Assembly: GCF_006345805.1 (NCBI RefSeq) | Contig: NW_021831715.1 | Location: 1 to 34,297, forward strand | Length of the DNA: 34,297 nt | Direction of reading: 5' to 3' | From: Octopus sinensis | Lineage: Eukaryota | Part shown: in pieces, positions 32,786 through 34,297 of the stretch | How the letters are laid out: each line of letters opens with the position of its first letter | Numbering within the stretch: the first letter of the stretch is position 1 | Program-made: the position numbers and the translations under genes | Notes under the pieces: generated by a model | Database searches by the model: none | What the model was told of the DNA's origin: nothing | Seen by the model: only the letters and a program-made list of their open reading frames with translations

Positions 32786-33160
32786 TTCTTTTATTTGTTT
32801 CAGTCATTTGACTGAAGCACCGCCTTTATGTCGAACAAATCGACTCCAGAACTTATTCTTTGTAAACCTAGTACTTATTCTATCGGTTTCTTTTGCTGAA
32901 CCGCTAAGTTATGGGGACGTAAACACACCAACATCGGTTGTCTAGTGATGGTGGGGGGACAAACACAGACACACAAACAAACACACACACACATATACGA
33001 CGGGCTTCTCTCAGTTTTCTTCTACTAAGTCCACTCATAAGGCTTTGGTCGGCCCAAGCCTATAGGAGAGGACACTTGCCCAAGGTGCCACGCAGTAGGA
33101 CTGAACCTGGATCTGCGTGGCTGGGAAGCAAGTTTCTTATCACACAGCCATTCCTGCATC
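32786..33160 (-). mobile_element. Full-length SINE family A
   Basis: Reverse complement is colinear with 14571-14993. Confidence 0.92.
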
Positions 33161-33339
33161 TGTATATTTTATTGTATATTTTATTTGTAAATTTTAAATT
33201 CTTTGCATCTTGTGTTTCATCGCTCTGGGCTCATTAAAATCATCATCATCATCTTCACCAAAACCACCACCACCACCACCACCACCACCATCATAATCAT
33301 TAACACCGTCATCGAATGTATCGGGGAATTTTGTATTTG

Positions 33340-33472
33340 TGTTGCCACATTGTAGTAGACGTACATGGTAAAGTGAAATGCCTTACCCATGAGCACAATG
33401 CGATCTTCGGTCCATAAGCCGAATCCACGACCTTACAATTCAGAACTTAATATAACAGCTAACTTGCCTTCA
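33340..33472 (-). mobile_element. Decayed D-type SINE head
   Basis: Minus strand reads GAAGGCAAG...GGATTCGGC...TTGTGCTCATGGGTAAGGCATTTCACTTT, a CORE-like remnant. Confidence 0.45.
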
Positions 33473-34297
33473 CTAATAGAATTTTGTTGTATTTGTACAT
33501 CAAACACTGAATCACTTTTGTAAATTCCTGATTTAAAAAAAAAAATGTATATGAACATAGTACAATATTTGTTCAGTAGTAAATCCTATTATAGGCGTAG
33601 GAATACGAAAGGGGGATATCGGTTAAGCCTATTCAACACATTACTGGTACTTATTATCATCTACTCTCAACTGAAAAAAGAAAATGTCGACTAGTTTGTA
33701 AAGGGAGATAACTACATGCCATACTTCATTGACATTTTAATGGTACTTCTGATGGTACTTCTGATGCACAGTCGCACGAGTTGATTATAATAATTGTTAT
33801 TTAGTAAAGTTTAATCAAGTGTTATCTTATCTAACATAATTCCGACAAACTCTCTCTAAGATTATATCAATTTTTTAAACAACGGTAGTTTGTAATTTCA
33901 AGGAAATTGTTTGCTATTTCTAACACGTAGAGATTTTCAAAAGCATTTCGCCGGCTGTAAAGCTTCTCAAAACAACAAGCAAGTAATACAGTAACACTCT
34001 GAGTCAATTTGAGTCGCTCACGTCCTTTTACTCTATCACTCATTCACTCTCTTTCTCTGTCTGCTCTTCTTCTCTTTTCCTCCTGTCTTACCTAAAAAAA
34101 AAAAAAAAAATCAATATTTTAAACTTGAATTTAATCCTAGTAGGAATATTGTTATCAGTAAAATGGATATTTCAGGCCTAAGATATATTTTTCTATTTTT
34201 GCTTTAATACAAAAGCAGCTACCGATATATGGATGGTAATATTGGAATCGGCTGTTAGACAGAATCATTTGAAGGATGAAATCTCACGGATTATGTC

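Noticed and set aside
32739-32802. 22-bp direct duplication ACATATTCTTTTATTTGTTTCA
   Set aside because: Local slippage at a SINE tail. Both copies lie on the same side of the element, so it is not a target-site duplication.
1464-33237. Most ORFs in the six-frame track (YIYI, VCVC, THTH, MYVC, poly-S/T/V/H/E etc.)
   Set aside because: They are translations of di-, tri- and tetranucleotide microsatellites or of SINE bodies that lack stop codons. No domain-like content.
33378-33395. Strong minus-strand donor (TGG|GTAAGG)
   Set aside because: It lies inside the CORE-like block of a decayed SINE head.

Overview
AT-rich eukaryotic intronic/intergenic DNA, most likely octopus. That assignment rests on my recognition of the SINE families and the extreme microsatellite load, and is not database-verified. 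No protein-coding gene can be called with confidence: almost all ORFs in the supplied track are microsatellite artefacts, and only a few short candidate exons with good splice signals are visible, mostly on +. The window holds about 25 tRNA-derived SINE copies from several modular families (A-D, my labels), a palindromic MITE-like family, the decayed 3' end of a HERO-like restriction-endonuclease non-LTR retrotransposon, and a 1.9-kb compound trinucleotide array. The main unexplained theme is hammerhead ribozyme (HHR) motifs. Six recognisable minimal type-I HHRs of the Penelope-like-element (PLE) type are present. One of them is the tail of a tRNA-headed SINE-like element with an inverted 5' arm. 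The HERO 3' UTR carries hammerhead core motifs in a non-canonical, pseudoknotted order.
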